Of a stretch of 64,000 nucleotides of DNA, positions 63,432 through 64,000 are shown in pieces. A program made the translations under genes and the position numbers. Positions within the stretch are counted from its first letter, which is position 1, and every line of letters begins with the position of its first letter. The notes under the pieces are model-generated. The model was not told the DNA's origin, did not search any database, and saw only the letters and a program-made list of their open reading frames with translations. The stretch is from assembly GCA_026770705.1 (NCBI GenBank), contig JANJGN010000011.1, positions 36,270,001 to 36,334,000 of the forward strand, read 5' to 3'. Source of the DNA: Isurus oxyrinchus. Lineage: Eukaryota.

Positions 63432-64000
63432 AACAAAAACAAAAACAGAATTACCTGGAAAAACTCAGCAGGTCTGGCAGCATCGGCGGAGAAGAAAAGA
63501 GTTGACGTTTCGAGTCCTCATGACCCTTCGACAGAACTTGAGTTCGAGTCCAAGAAAGAGTTGAAATATAAGCTGGTTTAAGGTGTGTGTGTGGGGGGGC
63601 GGAGAGAGAGAGAGAGAGAAGTGGAGTGGGGGTGTGGTTGTAGGGACAAACAAGCAGTGATAGAAGCAGATCATCAAAAGATGTCAACAACAACAGTACA
63701 AAAGAACACATAGGTATTAAAGTTAAAGTTGGTGATATTATCTAAATGAATGTGCTAATTAAGAATGGATGGTAGGGCACTCAAGGTATAGCTCTAGTGG
63801 GGGTGGGGAGAGCATAAAAGATTTTTTAAAAAATTAAAAAAAAAATTTTTTTTTTTAAATAATGGAAATAGGTGGGAAAAGGAAAACCTTTATAATTTAT
63901 TGGAAAAAAAAGGAAGGGGGAGACAGAAAGGGGGTGGGGATGGGGGAGGGAGCTCACGACCTAAAGTTGTTGAATTCAATATTCAGTCCGGAAGGCTGTA
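63432..64000 (-). mobile_element. Young Penelope-like element: ORF C-terminus, 3' UTR and pseudo-LTR; continues beyond the window
   Basis: Minus strand 63998-63954 reads QPSGLNIEFNNFRS*, matching the P-x-GLN end of PLE GIY-YIG domains. The terminal region differs from the 12160 arm at only 2 positions. Confidence 0.85.
63500..63538 (-). ncRNA. Minimal type I hammerhead ribozyme-like motif with variant core
   Basis: AGUU CUGUCGA A GGGUC AUGAG GACUC GAAAC GUC AACU: stem I AGUU/AACU, stem II GGGUC/GACUC, loopless palindromic ACGU stem III, GUC cleavage triplet. Confidence 0.65.

Noticed and set aside
1-64000. CRISPR array, prokaryotic operon or defence system
   Set aside because: No regularly spaced repeat-spacer array and no dense coding; the content is vertebrate transposable elements.

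Overview
This is eukaryotic, repeat-dense, apparently intergenic or deep-intronic DNA. The repeat repertoire points to a cartilaginous fish, probably a shark (inference). It includes CR1 LINEs, a second CR1/L2-group LINE ('family A'), Deu-domain and other tRNA-derived SINEs, PIF/Harbinger transposons, Penelope-like elements (PLEs) with minimal hammerhead ribozymes, and solo LTRs. I cannot support any host gene, rRNA, tRNA or CRISPR array. The only long recognisable ORF is a CR1 reverse transcriptase fragment (7084-8073). The main observations are: (1) a LINE whose 5' end is a tRNA-derived SINE head running almost directly into the endonuclease, with no room for ORF1, plus a SINE made of that LINE's head and tail; (2) a perfect 241-bp PLE palindrome with a target-site duplication (TSD); (3) a non-canonical hammerhead core (CUGUYGA) in the youngest PLE family; (4) a PLE containing an inverted 130-bp copy of nearby DNA that starts at the predicted hammerhead cleavage position; (5) a near-complete two-gene Harbinger element. 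All assignments were made by eye, and coordinates of degenerate repeats are approximate.
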